Shown here piece after piece: positions 62,227-64,000 of a stretch of 64,000 bases of DNA. Numbering within the stretch: the first letter of the stretch is position 1; each line of letters begins with the position of its first letter. The DNA is taken from assembly GCA_964036045.1 (NCBI GenBank), contig OZ038378.1, positions 18,104,001 to 18,168,000 of the forward strand. The letters are read 5' to 3'. The notes beneath the pieces were generated by a model. The model did no database searches and was not told the origin of the DNA. It saw only the letters and a program-made list of their open reading frames with translations. Source of the DNA: Eutreptiella sp. 'Long Island Sound 2002'. Taxonomy: Eukaryota > Protista > Euglenida. The translations under genes were made by a program, and so were the position numbers.

Positions 62227-63249
62227 AGCCCCTGCCTAGACTGCTGCAATTCACGACTCTATGTTTGAGTAGCAATCCCTCTGGTAGCACCAGAAGACTC
62301 CATAAGAGACACTAAAGGCGGCTCCGGCCCAGATTCCACTGATGGTGTGGCTGATGATGTGGCACCCGAAGGCTCTGCTAGAGGCACCTGCAGCCCAGAA
62401 TCCAGGGACAGTGACTGTGTGGCCAACGACGTGCTGCCTGACTGGGTGACTCGGCGCATGAAGAGCGAACCGGAGTGTGCAGGGCAAAAACACAGCTCCA
62501 TCCATGTCAAAAGCATTGCGAAAACCATATCGCCAGGGAGTGACCAAGGCTGTAACACTCTTTGTATTATAGGTCATGACGTCATCTTCCCTTTTGTGTT
62601 TGCATGTTTCCCGCATGTCAACTCCGTCTGGGTGGCCCTGTACTCCGTTTCTCATTGCAGACCCCAGTTTTTGACCCGTTCATCCACAGACACATTCTTT
62701 GCATCCGTTTTACGGGCACCAGGCTGTCTTGGTTCTATAGGTTTGGTTCTCTTGGCAGGAGTAACATCAGTGTTACTGGAACGCTGGTAGTGTAGCAGGC
62801 GATGTTGTTCTTGGTGTTGTTGTGGCAAACGAAGGGGATGGTGCAGCCTCCTCGGCCCATTTTTTCTTGCCTTGTACCGCTTGCAGAGGCAAATATTGGC
62901 ATCAGCACAATTTGAGTGTGCGCACATATCAATTCTCCCCAGGCATGACAAAGGAATACTCCTGCATGCCAAGGACAAGGGCATGCAGAGGACAAAAAGG
63001 ATGCAGGACGGGTTGCAGGCAATGACCCTACCTGGGCTCAATGCATGTCTGACACCCCATGTCTTGACATATTTTGCACCCCCTCCCCCCACCAGGACCC
63101 TGGGACAGAGCTCTAGCCCTCCGTGAGACACATCCCTGCTCCGCCCACTTTTCGGACCTGGGAGCCACCTCCGCCTCACGACACAGCCGAGCACAGAAAC
63201 AACGGGTGGGCGTATGCAAGTGAGCAAAGACGGGCAGCGGTCAGGGTAC

Positions 63250-63533
63250 CTCCAGAGCAGCTTGTTTGAACGCCGCCACTTCGTCAAGGTCCTGCCCAAA
63301 CACGGACACGTGGCAAGTCGGGAGCTCTGTGGTGAACATGTGCTCCAGGTTTTGGCGGGCGATGCTGCTGTCGTCCAGGCACAAGATTCTCAACCCGTCA
63401 GGCACGAGCACAGACTGACGCTGGACGGTGTTGGTGACGCTGTCGGCAGCGTCCTCGGCGGGGACAGTGCGGGTGGAGAAATGGAGCTCGAAGAAGACCT
63501 CATTGCCACATTGCCACAGTCGCGCGACCATCC
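63250..63533 (-). CDS. Exon with a probable HATPase tail and the N-terminal half of the receiver domain
   Basis: Acceptor ttccctgcag; RLWQCGNEVFFELHF, then LRILCLDDSSIARQNL. Donor GAG|gtaccc, phase 0, joins the exon at 55567 in frame. Confidence 0.8.
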
Positions 63534-64000
63534 CTGCAGGGAACGTGGGCCCAGCCGGTTGGCACGCCATGGCCCCCAGGATCCATGAGCCACCGCAATT
63601 GCGTGCTCTCATGGGCGGGCGGTAGTTCAGCCCACTTCCAGACCCAAACCCCCACGGCGTGACCAGGGGTGGGGCCAAGGCAGCTTGGCCGCTTTGCGCC
63701 CGCAGCCTTTGGGTTGCAGGGGCAGGCCATTGCAAATTGGCAAAAACCGGGGGGGCTGAGGGGTGGGGTAGGTCAAGGGGTGGCCCAGCCACGCCCGGGG
63801 CTTTTGTGGCGTTTGGCGGTTTCACCGTTGTTCTCATGCATCATTCCATTGCCCAGGCAAATCAGCAATGCGCCAAATGCCAAGCGAGAGTACTTGAACA
63901 ACAAAGGCCACACATTTCGTCTGAAAAGCGTAACACCTGAGCAGAACCCCCTCACCGTCTGGGTGGGTGGATGAGCTGATCAACCCACCCCTACCCCAAG

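Noticed and set aside
61966-62268. Plus-strand ORF as a hAT domain
   Set aside because: The minus-strand frame matches the dimerisation motif much better.

Overview
Repeat-rich eukaryotic genomic DNA with canonical GT-AG introns. AG acceptors just before ATGs, a hybrid sensor-kinase gene and an intronless F-box/LRR gene suggest a protist, possibly a euglenid (weak inference). 1-8.7 kb holds three interlocked Ty3/Gypsy-type LTR retrotransposons. The central copy has the order gag - aspartic protease - Dam-like N6-adenine methyltransferase (NPPF motif) - RT - RNase H, and an opposite-strand copy supplies a DDE integrase plus chromodomain. This methyltransferase-carrying Gypsy-type element is the most unusual system in the window. 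The rest contains decayed LINEs (one with a ubiquitin-like domain upstream of its endonuclease), hAT remnants, poly-C/poly-G TA-flanked MITEs, a 3.5-kb TIR element, tRNA-like SINE heads, a perfect 173-bp-arm inverted repeat and minisatellites. Four host genes could be reconstructed by hand: a 3-exon orphan methyltransferase-like gene, a signal-anchored LCM-type methyltransferase, an F-box/LRR protein, and two exons of a histidine kinase-receiver gene. All family calls are motif recognition by eye; no database searches were run.
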